Program-made: the position numbers and the translations under genes
The notes under the pieces: model-generated
Told to the model about the DNA's origin: nothing
The model's input: the letters and a program-made list of their open reading frames with translations, nothing else
Database searches by the model: none
Part shown: in pieces, positions 39,085 to 49,477 of the stretch
Layout of the letters: every line of letters begins with the position of its first letter
How positions within the stretch are numbered: position 1 is the first letter of the stretch
Source of the DNA: a bacterium
Lineage (GTDB): Bacteria; SM23-31
Reading direction: 5' to 3'
Assembly: GCA_965249485.1 (NCBI GenBank)
Contig: OZ252239.1
Location: 3,643,587-3,707,586 of the forward strand
DNA length: 64,000 nucleotides

Positions 39085-40305
39085 ATGAGAGCAATTTTAA
39101 TCACTACCAACTGCTTATTGCTAATATTCATGAGTATTATTTCTTGTTCTACCGTACAAAATGAAACGATGAATGTTGATCTGTCCGATTTTAACTTTTA
39201 TGCACCGTCCTCAGATAAATCACCCTACCCTCTTATGAAAACAGTACCGGTTAAGAATGTTATACTGATGATTGGTGACGGTATGTCACTTACGCAAATC
39301 ACAGCCACTCGGGTCATTGTTCTTGGTGCAGACGGGAAACTCCATATCGAGCGGATGCCCGTAACCGGAATCATGAATCATTATGAAACAGATGAATTCG
39401 TGAGCGGTTCCGCGGCAACTGCTACTTCCCTTGCCACAGGATATAAAACAAATGGTGGCAAGATTGGTATGCTCCCCGGCGGACTCCCGGTTTACACAAT
39501 ACTCGAAGCAGCACGGGATAAAGGCCTCTCGACCGGACTTGTCGCTACAACAACGATTACGCATGCAACTCCGGCAGCATTTGGCGCACATGTTACCAGC
39601 AGGGATATGGAAAAAGAGATTGCAGTGCATTTTATCGAGAACAATGTCAATGTTATCCTCGGTGGTGGCAGACCGATGTTTAACGTTCAAAACAGCACTA
39701 TGCCGGACGGCAGAACAGACGGCAGAGACCTTGTTCAGGAAGCCTTGAACTTGGGATATGAATATGTGGAAACAAAAGACGAGCTAGCTTCGGCAGCTGG
39801 AGATCGAATACTCGGCTTGTTTAGTGATGGGATAATGCTCAATACCCCTCCTGAGCCGACCATTGCAGACATGACAGAAAAAGCACTCGAAGTGTTGAAT
39901 AGAAACGAGGAAGGATTTTTTCTAATGGTCGAAGGAAGCCAGATAGACTGGGGGGCACATGATAACGACCTTGCCTATACTATCCGTGAGCAGCTTCATT
40001 TCGATCTGGCAATAAAACAAGCGGTCGATTTTGCACTTAGTGACGGAGAAACACTGGTTGTTATTACAGGAGACCACGAAACAGGTGGTTTGGCAATTGT
40101 CGAGGGAACAGATGACGATTCCGGTCTGCCGGTGAGGATTCATTGGGCAAATGGTGGACATACGGGTGTTCCGCTTCCGGTATTTGCGTACGGGCCTCAT
40201 GCAGAAAAGTTTATGGGATGGTATGACAATACCGATATTCCAAAAAAAATAGCAAACATTTTGCATATTGATGATTTTCCCCGTATTATAAGTTTAAACC
40301 AATAA
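39085..40305 (+). CDS. Alkaline phosphatase (PhoA family), lipoprotein
   Basis: Lipobox IISCS. Active-site region VSGSAATATSLATGYKT aligns with E. coli DSAASATAWSTGVKT with the Ser nucleophile conserved. N-terminal MIGDGMS metal site. Confidence 0.8.
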   Translation: MRAILITTNCLLLIFMSIISCSTVQNETMNVDLSDFNFYAPSSDKSPYPLMKTVPVKNVILMIGDGMSLTQITATRVIVLGADGKLHIERMPVTGIMNHYETDEFVSGSAATATSLATGYKTNGGKIGMLPGGLPVYTILEAARDKGLSTGLVATTTITHATPAAFGAHVTSRDMEKEIAVHFIENNVNVILGGGRPMFNVQNSTMPDGRTDGRDLVQEALNLGYEYVETKDELASAAGDRILGLFSDGIMLNTPPEPTIADMTEKALEVLNRNEEGFFLMVEGSQIDWGAHDNDLAYTIREQLHFDLAIKQAVDFALSDGETLVVITGDHETGGLAIVEGTDDDSGLPVRIHWANGGHTGVPLPVFAYGPHAEKFMGWYDNTDIPKKIANILHIDDFPRIISLNQ

Positions 40306-40397
40306 TTCTCCGGTCTGTAAATCTATATCGAATTGGATTCCTAAGATATTCATATGTATTTATACAAAGCAGAAAATCATTACTGTTGATGAGGTTA

Positions 40398-41252
40398 ATA
40401 ATGAAAAAACTTTCATTTGCTTTATTCATCACATTATGTTTAGAGCTCACTTCCTGTAGCTCACAAAATCCGGGCGATACTGCCAATTCAGAAGGATCCG
40501 GCAGTCAGGAATCGTCAGGAACAGCGGAGTTTACTAAACAAGTCGATGTATTTGGTATCCATATTTATGCAACTGAGAAGACTGCGGATGAGAAGGTGAT
40601 CCATGCGGCAAATGTCACAGCAGAATATCTGGACAATGATGAAGACGGAGTTGTTGATAATCCAAAGCTGATAGAGGCTCTGGTAAGCAGAAACACTACT
40701 ATCATCATGGCATTGAATGAAGATGAATTGTCGTCGATACCAAGAAACTCCCGTCCACGAGGACAGCCTTTGTTTGACCGGGAAACACACCCGAACGGCC
40801 CAGCTGAAGGCAGATTTGATTATTCTATCGAAGAAATTCTCCATCCGATAACAGGGCGTGGTTACGCAAATGCTTATCCGGATGTTTTTGGCACTACTAA
40901 AGGAACAGAGTTGTCAAAAGCAATGGATCTGGCACGGGGCGGGTATTTTGAAGAGGTTCCTGAGCAATACCCCGAAGAAGCATGGTATACCTATTACGAC
41001 GAGACGTGCAGCTACAGATGTATGATGACAGAATATATGTATTGGTCGCTAAGCTCCATACTTGGTGCGCAAGATCTTCCCGGACGGTTAGATCAGATTG
41101 GTGATGAGTGGCCATTAAATACAAGAAAAAAAGTTGCAGCACAGGATCCGTCGATATACGCGCTTCTTACCGATCCCCAATACCATTTTCCAACCGTATT
41201 ACCGGATGGAACCTATGAAGCTGCAACATTTACGATTAAAGAATATCCTTAA
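40398..41252 (+). CDS. Hypothetical lipoprotein
   Basis: Start at MKKLSFALF…LTSC lipobox. No recognisable family. Confidence 0.45.
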   Translation: MMKKLSFALFITLCLELTSCSSQNPGDTANSEGSGSQESSGTAEFTKQVDVFGIHIYATEKTADEKVIHAANVTAEYLDNDEDGVVDNPKLIEALVSRNTTIIMALNEDELSSIPRNSRPRGQPLFDRETHPNGPAEGRFDYSIEEILHPITGRGYANAYPDVFGTTKGTELSKAMDLARGGYFEEVPEQYPEEAWYTYYDETCSYRCMMTEYMYWSLSSILGAQDLPGRLDQIGDEWPLNTRKKVAAQDPSIYALLTDPQYHFPTVLPDGTYEAATFTIKEYP

Positions 41253-41292
41253 ACCGAGTGGCCGAAATTATTGATAAATGAGCGGAGACACC

Positions 41293-42618
41293 ATGAAAAA
41301 AACGCGTATGATTCTATTGGGTACTACGCTTGCAACACTATTTTATTGTTCCGATCCTCAATCCGAGTCGGAAATGGTAGCTGTCAATTATGCAACTGTA
41401 GAAGTAAATCAGGAAATTATAGATGAAATTGAAACCATAGCAGAAAGTCCGGACGTTCGGGAGGCTTTCGGAATCATTGAGGAACTTGAATCGCAGACAC
41501 ATAATGATCTTATCGTTTTGACGGAAATTCCCGCTCCTCCATTTATGGAAGAAAAACGGGGATTACAATATGCTGCAATGCTGCGGGACGCGGGCGCTGA
41601 TGCCGTGACTATAGACCGGGTTGGAAACGTCATTGCCCTTAGACAAGGTACGACAGGCACTAGAACTGTTGCGCTCGATGGGCACCTTGATACTGTCTTT
41701 CCCGAGGGGACTGACGTAACGGTTACAGTACGGGATGATACCCTCTTTGCACCGGGAATCGGCGACGACACAAGAGGTCTCGCAGTTATTCTTGCTGTTC
41801 TGAAAGCGCTGGAAATGGCAGATATCGAAACCCGTGACGATGTTCTGTTCATCGGTACTGTCGGTGAAGAAGGACTTGGTGATCTGCGCGGTGTCAAACA
41901 ACTTTTCAGTGATGCAGGACCTGGTATTGATTCGTGGATATCGGTTGACGGTGGTGGAATCGACAGAATTTCAAACGGCGGACTCGGATCACACCGGTAC
42001 CGGGTGACTTTCCGCGGACCCGGCGGGCATTCATGGGGAGCATTCGGGCTTGGAAATCCACACCATGCGCTCGGAAGAGCAATTACCTATTTTGTCGACG
42101 AGGCTGACCAATACACTGCGTCCGGACCAAAAACTACCTACAGTATTGGTAGAATTGGCGGTGGCACATCAATCAATGCCATCCCGTTTGAATCATGGAT
42201 GGAAGTCGATATGCGTTCTATTGTGCCCGAACGGGTCGACGAGATCGATACTATCTTTCAACAGGCTGTTCAGCGTGCGCTCAATGATCAGAATGCTTTA
42301 AACCGACACGGCCCACAGCTCTCTGTTGATGTCGATATGGTCGGTAACCGACCATCCGGAATGACTGATCAGGATAATTCACTTGTTCAGCGCGCTACCG
42401 CAGCAACGTTATATTTCGGTTATGAACCTTCGATAGGCATCGGTTCTACAAATGCAAATACACCTATGGCAGCAGGTATTCCGGCTATCTCAATCGGACG
42501 GGGTGGTGTCGGCGGGGGCGGCCATTCACTCGGAGAATGGTGGCTCAATAAAGACGGCCATATTGCAATTCAGTATGTATTGACTATTCTCCTTGCAGAG
42601 GCAGGTGTCGCAGAATGA
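41293..42618 (+). CDS. M20-family metallopeptidase (peptidase-T-like), lipoprotein
   Basis: Lipobox LFYCS. M20 motifs ALDGHLDTVFPEG and GIGDDTRGLAVIL, plus GTVGEEGLG. Confidence 0.7.
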   Translation: MKKTRMILLGTTLATLFYCSDPQSESEMVAVNYATVEVNQEIIDEIETIAESPDVREAFGIIEELESQTHNDLIVLTEIPAPPFMEEKRGLQYAAMLRDAGADAVTIDRVGNVIALRQGTTGTRTVALDGHLDTVFPEGTDVTVTVRDDTLFAPGIGDDTRGLAVILAVLKALEMADIETRDDVLFIGTVGEEGLGDLRGVKQLFSDAGPGIDSWISVDGGGIDRISNGGLGSHRYRVTFRGPGGHSWGAFGLGNPHHALGRAITYFVDEADQYTASGPKTTYSIGRIGGGTSINAIPFESWMEVDMRSIVPERVDEIDTIFQQAVQRALNDQNALNRHGPQLSVDVDMVGNRPSGMTDQDNSLVQRATAATLYFGYEPSIGIGSTNANTPMAAGIPAISIGRGGVGGGGHSLGEWWLNKDGHIAIQYVLTILLAEAGVAE

Positions 42619-42712
42619 TGCAAAATTCTCCATTTCACTCCAATTGGACTAATTAATGAAATTGTTGATTGGTCATCAAGACTAAATAGTATTCCATAAA
42701 AGTATATTATAT

Positions 42713-43609
42713 ATGGCACTAAAGGTTGGCATAGTCGGCTGGGGAGATATAGCTCTCGTTCATGCAAAGTATATCAGGGCCGCCGGTGCAGAGGTGAGCG
42801 CGGTCGTATCAAGAAAAAACAAACTTGAGATCGATATTCCCGTATATCAGTTAATCGATGATATGCTCCCCCATGTCGATGCTGTTTCAGTTGCAGTCCC
42901 AAATTTTTTACACGCTTCTACTTGTCTCAAAGCCGTCCGTGCGGGAAAAGCAGTCATGGTAGAAAAGCCAATTTGTATATCGCATGAAGAATTGGATGAT
43001 CTTGAAAGAACAGTATCGCTGCAAAAATTGACGGTACATGTCGGATACCGGCTCAGATGGAACCCGACTGTTATGAAACTCAAGGAACGTGTTAAGGGGA
43101 TTCGCAAGATCAGTTGTATGTATAACCTACCAATGCAAGATCTCGATGAAAATAAAGGATGGACAACACGCTTCAGTGAAAGCGGCGGTGGATTTTTTAC
43201 ACTCGGTGTCCACTCCCTCGATCTGGCACGGTGGCTTGCAGGTGCTCGTGGTGAGAAATTAACGGACTTTACGGCTCAGGCCGAAGGTTTTGAGCCGCAT
43301 TGCGATTTTCCACTGCGTGTTCGGCTGTCAGGAAAATTGCCTTCCGGTATTGAAATCACTGCAGGGACCGATCTTCGAAGTGAATCATGCAACAGTTTCG
43401 ATATTACAATTGAAGCAGAAGAAGGAAGCTACCCAGATAATATACTTCCACCTCCCAATCCCGAAGAAGAAACAATTGAATATGGAACACTTTTTCGTAA
43501 TTTCATCAAGGCAGCAGAGCAGAACATCTGGGATGAAAACGAATGGGATGAAATCGTGCAGACCCATCGTGAACTTCTCAAAGCACGTGACATCACAAGT
43601 GGTGTATGA
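42713..43609 (+). CDS. Gfo/Idh/MocA-family NAD(P)-dependent oxidoreductase
   Basis: N-terminal Rossmann motif KVGIVGWGDIALVHA. About 300 aa. Confidence 0.65.
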   Translation: MALKVGIVGWGDIALVHAKYIRAAGAEVSAVVSRKNKLEIDIPVYQLIDDMLPHVDAVSVAVPNFLHASTCLKAVRAGKAVMVEKPICISHEELDDLERTVSLQKLTVHVGYRLRWNPTVMKLKERVKGIRKISCMYNLPMQDLDENKGWTTRFSESGGGFFTLGVHSLDLARWLAGARGEKLTDFTAQAEGFEPHCDFPLRVRLSGKLPSGIEITAGTDLRSESCNSFDITIEAEEGSYPDNILPPPNPEEETIEYGTLFRNFIKAAEQNIWDENEWDEIVQTHRELLKARDITSGV

Positions 43610-43843
43610 TTTGGATTGTTCGCTCTTTGCAATATTTATTTTTTTATTATATTTTAAAATTTAAGATGTCTGTTTCGCATTGCTCGATCGATTTTCTCTT
43701 GCATTTAACCACTCACTTCCTAAATTATAACATCGATTCATACCGTCTATTCAAAAACACCACAATTATACATTTATAATTTTCTCGAAGTATACACTAC
43801 TCATACACTACCTCTTGTTGGCAACGACATAAAAGGTTTCATC

Positions 43844-45604
43844 ATGAAGAATAACAACCATTTTCGAGCGAAAGATACCGACATTAATCGCATTGAAATC
43901 AACCGCAGAAGGTTTGTCGAATGGTGTTCTGTCCTCGGTCTCAGTTCCACCCTGCTCCCGGGAGCTCTTGCACACGCCGCTCAGGATGCCCAAACGATTA
44001 CAACGGAAATGGTGCGATCTGCAGCCCGTATTGCCGGAATTGACTTTCCAGAGAAGTATTATGAACGATTTGCGAGGATGTTAAGTAGCGAAAATGGAAT
44101 GATGTCAAATTATAAAGCAATGCAGGAATTAGACATAAAAAATAGTGAGATGCCTGCAATCGATTTTAAACCCGTACCTGCCTGGATGAATATTCCCCGC
44201 GGAAAAGGTTCATTTCAGCGAAGTAGCGTTTCAGTGTCGATGCCCGATTCGAATGAAGAGATTGCTTTTCTTCCGGTTACACATTTATCCCGTCTCATCG
44301 AATTCCAGCAAATCACTTCAACGGATTTGACAAAACTTTATTTATCCCGGTTAAAAAAGTATGATCCTATTCTTTATTGTGTGGTGAGCCTCACCGAAGA
44401 CCTGGCGCTGCAGCAAGCAAAGAAGGCCGACGCAGAAATTGCGGCAGGTGTATACAAAGGGCCGCTACACGGAATCCCTTACGGTATCAAAGACCTGTTC
44501 GCCGTTAAGGGTTACCGGACAACCTGGGGTGCATCTCTCTATAAAGACCGCTTTTTTGATGTCAATGCGTCGGTTTTTGAGATACTTTCCGAGGCTGGCG
44601 CTGTTCTGGTAGCAAAGCTCTCGACTGGAGCACTTGCGTCCGGAGCCGATTGGTTTCGAGGTACAACCAGAAATCCATGGAATCCAAAACTGAATGCATA
44701 CGGTTCCTCGGCAGGTCCCGCTTCGGCAACTTCTGGCGGACTTGTTGGTTTTGCTGTTGGGACTGAAACTGCCGGATCGATCACCTCGCCTGCATCGGCG
44801 TGCGGTCTGTCAGGTATGCGTCCGACCTATGGTAGAATCAGCAGGTATGGGTGTATGGCTCTGAGCTGGACACTCGATAAAGTCGGTCCATTGTGCAGAT
44901 CTGCCGAAGACTGTGCGATTGTTTTTAATACAATATCCGGCCCGGATGGAAAAGATAATACTGTTTATGAAGTTCCGTTTAATTGGGATGGATCGACAGA
45001 CCTGACTGGGCTCAGAATCGGGTATTGGCCGAATATTGTGGAACAAGAAGACCCTGTCGAAGAAGACCATGAAGTAACAGGCAGAAGACTTGAACTCTCC
45101 CGTCACTATGAAGGAGAAGCAGTCACAATATTCCGCTCACTCGGTGCAGAGGTCGTTCCCTTTGAGATGCCGGATATGCAGGTTGATTTATTCAGCATTC
45201 TTTTTAATGTTGAAAGTGCGGCAGCGCTCAACGAATTAACACAGAGCGGCAATCTTGATATAATGTCAGAAGCTCCTGAATCGAGCGGATATCCGTCATC
45301 ACTCCGATTCGGCCGTCTGATTCCTGCCGTCGAGTACCTTCAAGCAAACCGAATCAGATCGCGCGTAATCGAAGAGTTCAATACAGCATTGAAAGACTTC
45401 GACCTCATCATAGGCAGCAGTGTCTACCTGACAAACATCACCGGCCATCCGGAAATTAGTGTACCACACGGATTTTATGATGAGGGAATGCCCGGAACAT
45501 TGCGTCTGACAGGGACACTATTCGGAGACGATGTTATGTTGAAAGTCGCACATGCTTTTCAGTCGAAAACTGGTCATCACCGCCACCATCCGAGTATGGC
45601 ATAA
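43844..45604 (+). CDS. Amidase-signature (AS) family amidase with a Tat signal peptide
   Basis: Twin-arginine motif NRRRFVEW followed by a hydrophobic h-region and AHA cleavage site. AS signature GSSAGPASATSGGLVGFAVGTETAGSITSPAS. Predicted catalytic Lys in GIKDLF. Confidence 0.8.
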   Translation: MKNNNHFRAKDTDINRIEINRRRFVEWCSVLGLSSTLLPGALAHAAQDAQTITTEMVRSAARIAGIDFPEKYYERFARMLSSENGMMSNYKAMQELDIKNSEMPAIDFKPVPAWMNIPRGKGSFQRSSVSVSMPDSNEEIAFLPVTHLSRLIEFQQITSTDLTKLYLSRLKKYDPILYCVVSLTEDLALQQAKKADAEIAAGVYKGPLHGIPYGIKDLFAVKGYRTTWGASLYKDRFFDVNASVFEILSEAGAVLVAKLSTGALASGADWFRGTTRNPWNPKLNAYGSSAGPASATSGGLVGFAVGTETAGSITSPASACGLSGMRPTYGRISRYGCMALSWTLDKVGPLCRSAEDCAIVFNTISGPDGKDNTVYEVPFNWDGSTDLTGLRIGYWPNIVEQEDPVEEDHEVTGRRLELSRHYEGEAVTIFRSLGAEVVPFEMPDMQVDLFSILFNVESAAALNELTQSGNLDIMSEAPESSGYPSSLRFGRLIPAVEYLQANRIRSRVIEEFNTALKDFDLIIGSSVYLTNITGHPEISVPHGFYDEGMPGTLRLTGTLFGDDVMLKVAHAFQSKTGHHRHHPSMA

Positions 45605-45828
45605 ATATATAAGATTGCAAGTGACTATTTTTTATCATATCAACCGGAATCCCAATTATGAACCAGGTATCTTTCGACAAATATGAAGTGAATGGACCTA
45701 AAATCAGATTACAAAGCGTGCACTTTTAGTCAATTATTTATTAATAGCCATCTGACAATAATAATAATCAAATCCTATAACAACATCCAATTCTAAAAAG
45801 ATTGTACCGCTCACTGAGGAGGAGTCAC

Positions 45829-47667
45829 ATGCGTTCCCTTCTTTATTCAATAATATATGTAATGTTTATTTCTTTTCCCGTTTCCACACAAGAAATCAAT
45901 TCGTTTTTTTATGAAGAACTCGTAGATATTGATTTCGATTTCAGCCGCTGGCCATATCCGTTGTACGAGGAAAATGCCAAGCGTATGCATGAACTTGCAA
46001 ACCAGTATCCCGAGATTGCGACACTGCACGTGATGGGAACAACACGGGAAGGCCGGGAAATGCTCCTGATGGAAATCACCAACAAGGCAACCGGACCCGG
46101 AGAAGATAAGCCGGGGCTCTATTTTGACGGGAACATGCATGCCGGTGAAGTAAACGGCCGTCCGACGATGATGTATTTTATTGAGCGGACGCTTGCCCGT
46201 TACGGTAAAGACGAGAAAATTACCCGTCTTGTCGATACCCGTGCATATTATGTCAATCCCATGTTCGACGCTGACGGTGGCGAGAAGGTTCTTACCCGTC
46301 ACCCTTCCTGGCCGGAACATAAACCCGAACAGCACAATGGGCAAGATCTTGATGGTGACGGCTATATTACTCAGATGCGGAAAAAAGACCCGGATGGGAG
46401 ATTGTATGAGAGTAAGAGAGATCCACGGTTAATGCTCGAAATCAGAAGAAGGAATGGGGGTCGAATGAATTACCTTCCGACTACCTATTCCGATACACTC
46501 TTCTTCAATTGGGAAGAACCCGATATCGGTTGGAAACGGATTTCGGGTAAATTAGAGACTTTCGACGATCCTATAGTTCCCCATGAAGACCGGTACGCTG
46601 TCTATACGGAGGGGCAGAGTTTTTATCGGGAAGTGAGTGTCGATCCTGCACCGCAGAATTTTAACCGGGGATGGTCAGCTGAATGGGATCCCTCATTACG
46701 TTCGTCCGGGCCATTTCCCTTTTACATACCCGAACTCCGCGCTGCAGTAAAATTTATGACAGATCATAAAAACATCTATTTTTATTACAATATTAACGCT
46801 GATAATCAGGCTAAAAATTACATTGTCCGACCGCCAATGGACCACCCCTATGAATTCATGCCACCGGAGGATAATGAATTTTATGTACGTCTTGGACAGG
46901 ATTGGTCGGTCATCAGCAATGGCGATTTGTTTGAAAGTGATTGGGCAAGCCAGGAAGTAAAAGTTGGCTACTATGGCAAATCGAATCACGGATTCGGTAT
47001 CGATTGGCAGTATATGCACAACGGAATTCACGGTTTGACACCCGAATTTAACGGTGCCGGCCGTGATTACGACGGCGACAGTTATGTTACCGAATTTGAG
47101 ATCATCCGGTGGAGCGATGAGGAAAAAGGGGGGCAATACTATGTCGATTGGAAGCCGTATAATCACCCACTGCTCGGTGATGTTGAAATCGGGGGTGTCC
47201 GTGCTCTTCCGGTTGCAGTTGATGAGAGACTCAAGGCAGAATGCGAGAAACATTTTAAGTTGATGATGCATGTCTCTGAGCTTGCTCCGGTGATTAAAGT
47301 GCTTGACGTATCATCTGAGCGTCTCAGAAGGAATGAGTATAAAATCACTGCCACTATCCAGAACGAGGGGTGGCTCTCGACTTATGTGACACGGAACGCA
47401 ATGAGAATTCGCCGTGACTTCCCTATTCTTGCCGGGATCAGTATTGAAGGCGGCGAATTGATTGAGGGTGATCCGACTCAGAATATAGGCCATATTCTCG
47501 GTAAAATCGCTTATATATGGCGCTGGGGTCAGGGATATGACGAATCGACAAAGACGGTGGAATGGACGATTAGAAAGACAGGTTCAGAGCCGCTTAATGT
47601 CTCGGTCGAAGCACGTGCCCATAAAGCTGGTCGTGATATACAGCGCATTGTAATTGAAAATGAATAA
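45829..47667 (+). CDS. Secreted M14-family zinc carboxypeptidase-like protein, paralog 1, with C-terminal β-sandwich domain; third zinc ligand His replaced by Asn
   Basis: Start at MRSLLYS, which has a GAGGAGG RBS and a signal peptide. M14 HxxE (NMHAGEV). At the position where paralogs 2 and 3 have TIHTGGG/TIHSGGG this copy reads NINADNQ. C-terminal ~170 aa is homologous in all three paralogs. Confidence 0.65.
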   Translation: MRSLLYSIIYVMFISFPVSTQEINSFFYEELVDIDFDFSRWPYPLYEENAKRMHELANQYPEIATLHVMGTTREGREMLLMEITNKATGPGEDKPGLYFDGNMHAGEVNGRPTMMYFIERTLARYGKDEKITRLVDTRAYYVNPMFDADGGEKVLTRHPSWPEHKPEQHNGQDLDGDGYITQMRKKDPDGRLYESKRDPRLMLEIRRRNGGRMNYLPTTYSDTLFFNWEEPDIGWKRISGKLETFDDPIVPHEDRYAVYTEGQSFYREVSVDPAPQNFNRGWSAEWDPSLRSSGPFPFYIPELRAAVKFMTDHKNIYFYYNINADNQAKNYIVRPPMDHPYEFMPPEDNEFYVRLGQDWSVISNGDLFESDWASQEVKVGYYGKSNHGFGIDWQYMHNGIHGLTPEFNGAGRDYDGDSYVTEFEIIRWSDEEKGGQYYVDWKPYNHPLLGDVEIGGVRALPVAVDERLKAECEKHFKLMMHVSELAPVIKVLDVSSERLRRNEYKITATIQNEGWLSTYVTRNAMRIRRDFPILAGISIEGGELIEGDPTQNIGHILGKIAYIWRWGQGYDESTKTVEWTIRKTGSEPLNVSVEARAHKAGRDIQRIVIENE

Positions 47668-47733
47668 TAAATAGGTTCAAAAAATTATTAAATACTATAA
47701 AGAATATCAGCCTTAATGTAAGGAGGGCTATTC

Positions 47734-49434
47734 ATGAGATTTTACATTTTTCTTTTTGCTGCGATTCTTCTCTCAATTACGGAGACCGAGGCACAGCGAA
47801 TTGAACTTCAGGATACACAACTCTCAAAGGAGCAATTCGACTCCCGCCGGTGGCCTTATCCGCTGCATGCAGAAGAATTAGAACGGATGGAGACTCTTGC
47901 CCGGCGTTATCCGAAATTAGTCAAACTGCACAATATCGGTAAGAGCACAGGCGGTTATGATCTCTGGTTAATTGAAGTAACCAATCAGGATACCGGACCA
48001 GGTGAATCGAAACCGGCTATGTGGATGGATTCAAATCTTCATCCTGATGAACTGCCCGGACGGCGATTCCTTCGGTACTTCTATGAGAGATTACTGGCAA
48101 GCTACGGAAAGGATCCGGAAGTTACACGGCTCGTCGATACCCGAACGTACTATATACTTCCAATCCTCAATCCCGATGCTGGTGAGTGGTTTTTGACACG
48201 ACAGCCTTCCTGGCCCGGACATGAACCGGAGCGGCATGTAGGAAAAGACCTCGACGGCGACGGATACATTACACGGATGCGTGTCAAAGACTCTTCGGCC
48301 AATAACGGTTACCGCACCTACATCGAAGGACAGGATATCAATGTTGGAGTCCGCGGCGCTTATTCCCGATACCGGGAGGCGTCGGGCAATCGTGAACCAG
48401 CCGATTTTAACCGAAATTGGTCAGCGGGGTGGCGACCGGAAGAACCGGGTGCAGGGCTGTATCCGTTTTCTCTGCCGGAAGTGTATGCTGTGGCTAAATT
48501 TATATCGGAGCATAAGAACATATTCTTCCATTACACAATTCATACCGGGGGCGGCATCAAGAATTATCAGGTTCGTCCACCCTTCAACTATCCATATCAG
48601 ACTATGCACCATGAGGACAACGATTTTTATGTCCGTCTCGGGGCAATTTGGGCAATGCTGAATGAAGGCGGCCTTATGGAGAATAATTACTACAGTTATG
48701 TTTTTACCGCCGGACGGTTCGATGATGAGGGAAATCAAATGGGGTACACAGCCACTATGGCAGGGTTTGCCGGTGATTGGGCATACAGCCATATGGGTAT
48801 TCACAGCCTTACACCCGAATGTTCCGGCGTTGGTATCGATTATAATGGCGACGGTTTTATCACCCGTCAGGAAGTGATGCGGTGGAATGAAGAAGAAGAA
48901 GGGGGAAGATTTTTTGCCGAGTGGAAACCATATAACCATCCTGAGCTCGGTGAAATCGAAATCGGCGGTGATCGTGATATGCCACAATCATACGGACGCA
49001 AACTCGATCGGGATGCAGATATTCAATACAAATTACTGTTGAATGTCGCCAATCTTGCACCAGAGGTTTCACTAGTTGATGTGCAGTCCAAGCAATTGTC
49101 ACGCCGTGAATACAAAATAACTGCAACTGTGAAAAATGATGGCTGGTTAGCAACCTATGTAACACGTCAGGCAATAGCGAATAGAAAGGATTTTCCTGTT
49201 ATTATTGATCTAGACATATCTGGGGGTGAAATTGTTGATGGAGCCAGCAGGACCAATATCGGGCATCTACTGGGGAAATGGAGTGATATCCGGAATTGGG
49301 ATGAAGGTGAAGATGTGCCGTCGCAGACTGTGGAATGGACAGTCCGTTCGATAGGATCTGAACCGCTGCAAATTACGGTCAATGCCTGGGCACATAAAGG
49401 CGGATCTGATAGCAAATCAATAACACTCGAATAA
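47734..49434 (+). CDS. Secreted M14-family zinc carboxypeptidase-like protein, paralog 2
   Basis: Signal peptide. HxxE (NLHPDEL), NPDAGEW, TIHTGGG and TPE motifs. RBS AAGGAGGG. Confidence 0.7.
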   Translation: MRFYIFLFAAILLSITETEAQRIELQDTQLSKEQFDSRRWPYPLHAEELERMETLARRYPKLVKLHNIGKSTGGYDLWLIEVTNQDTGPGESKPAMWMDSNLHPDELPGRRFLRYFYERLLASYGKDPEVTRLVDTRTYYILPILNPDAGEWFLTRQPSWPGHEPERHVGKDLDGDGYITRMRVKDSSANNGYRTYIEGQDINVGVRGAYSRYREASGNREPADFNRNWSAGWRPEEPGAGLYPFSLPEVYAVAKFISEHKNIFFHYTIHTGGGIKNYQVRPPFNYPYQTMHHEDNDFYVRLGAIWAMLNEGGLMENNYYSYVFTAGRFDDEGNQMGYTATMAGFAGDWAYSHMGIHSLTPECSGVGIDYNGDGFITRQEVMRWNEEEEGGRFFAEWKPYNHPELGEIEIGGDRDMPQSYGRKLDRDADIQYKLLLNVANLAPEVSLVDVQSKQLSRREYKITATVKNDGWLATYVTRQAIANRKDFPVIIDLDISGGEIVDGASRTNIGHLLGKWSDIRNWDEGEDVPSQTVEWTVRSIGSEPLQITVNAWAHKGGSDSKSITLE

Positions 49435-49477
49435 ACATTTTACGATTATTACCGTTTTTAAATGAGGAGGATTCTCC

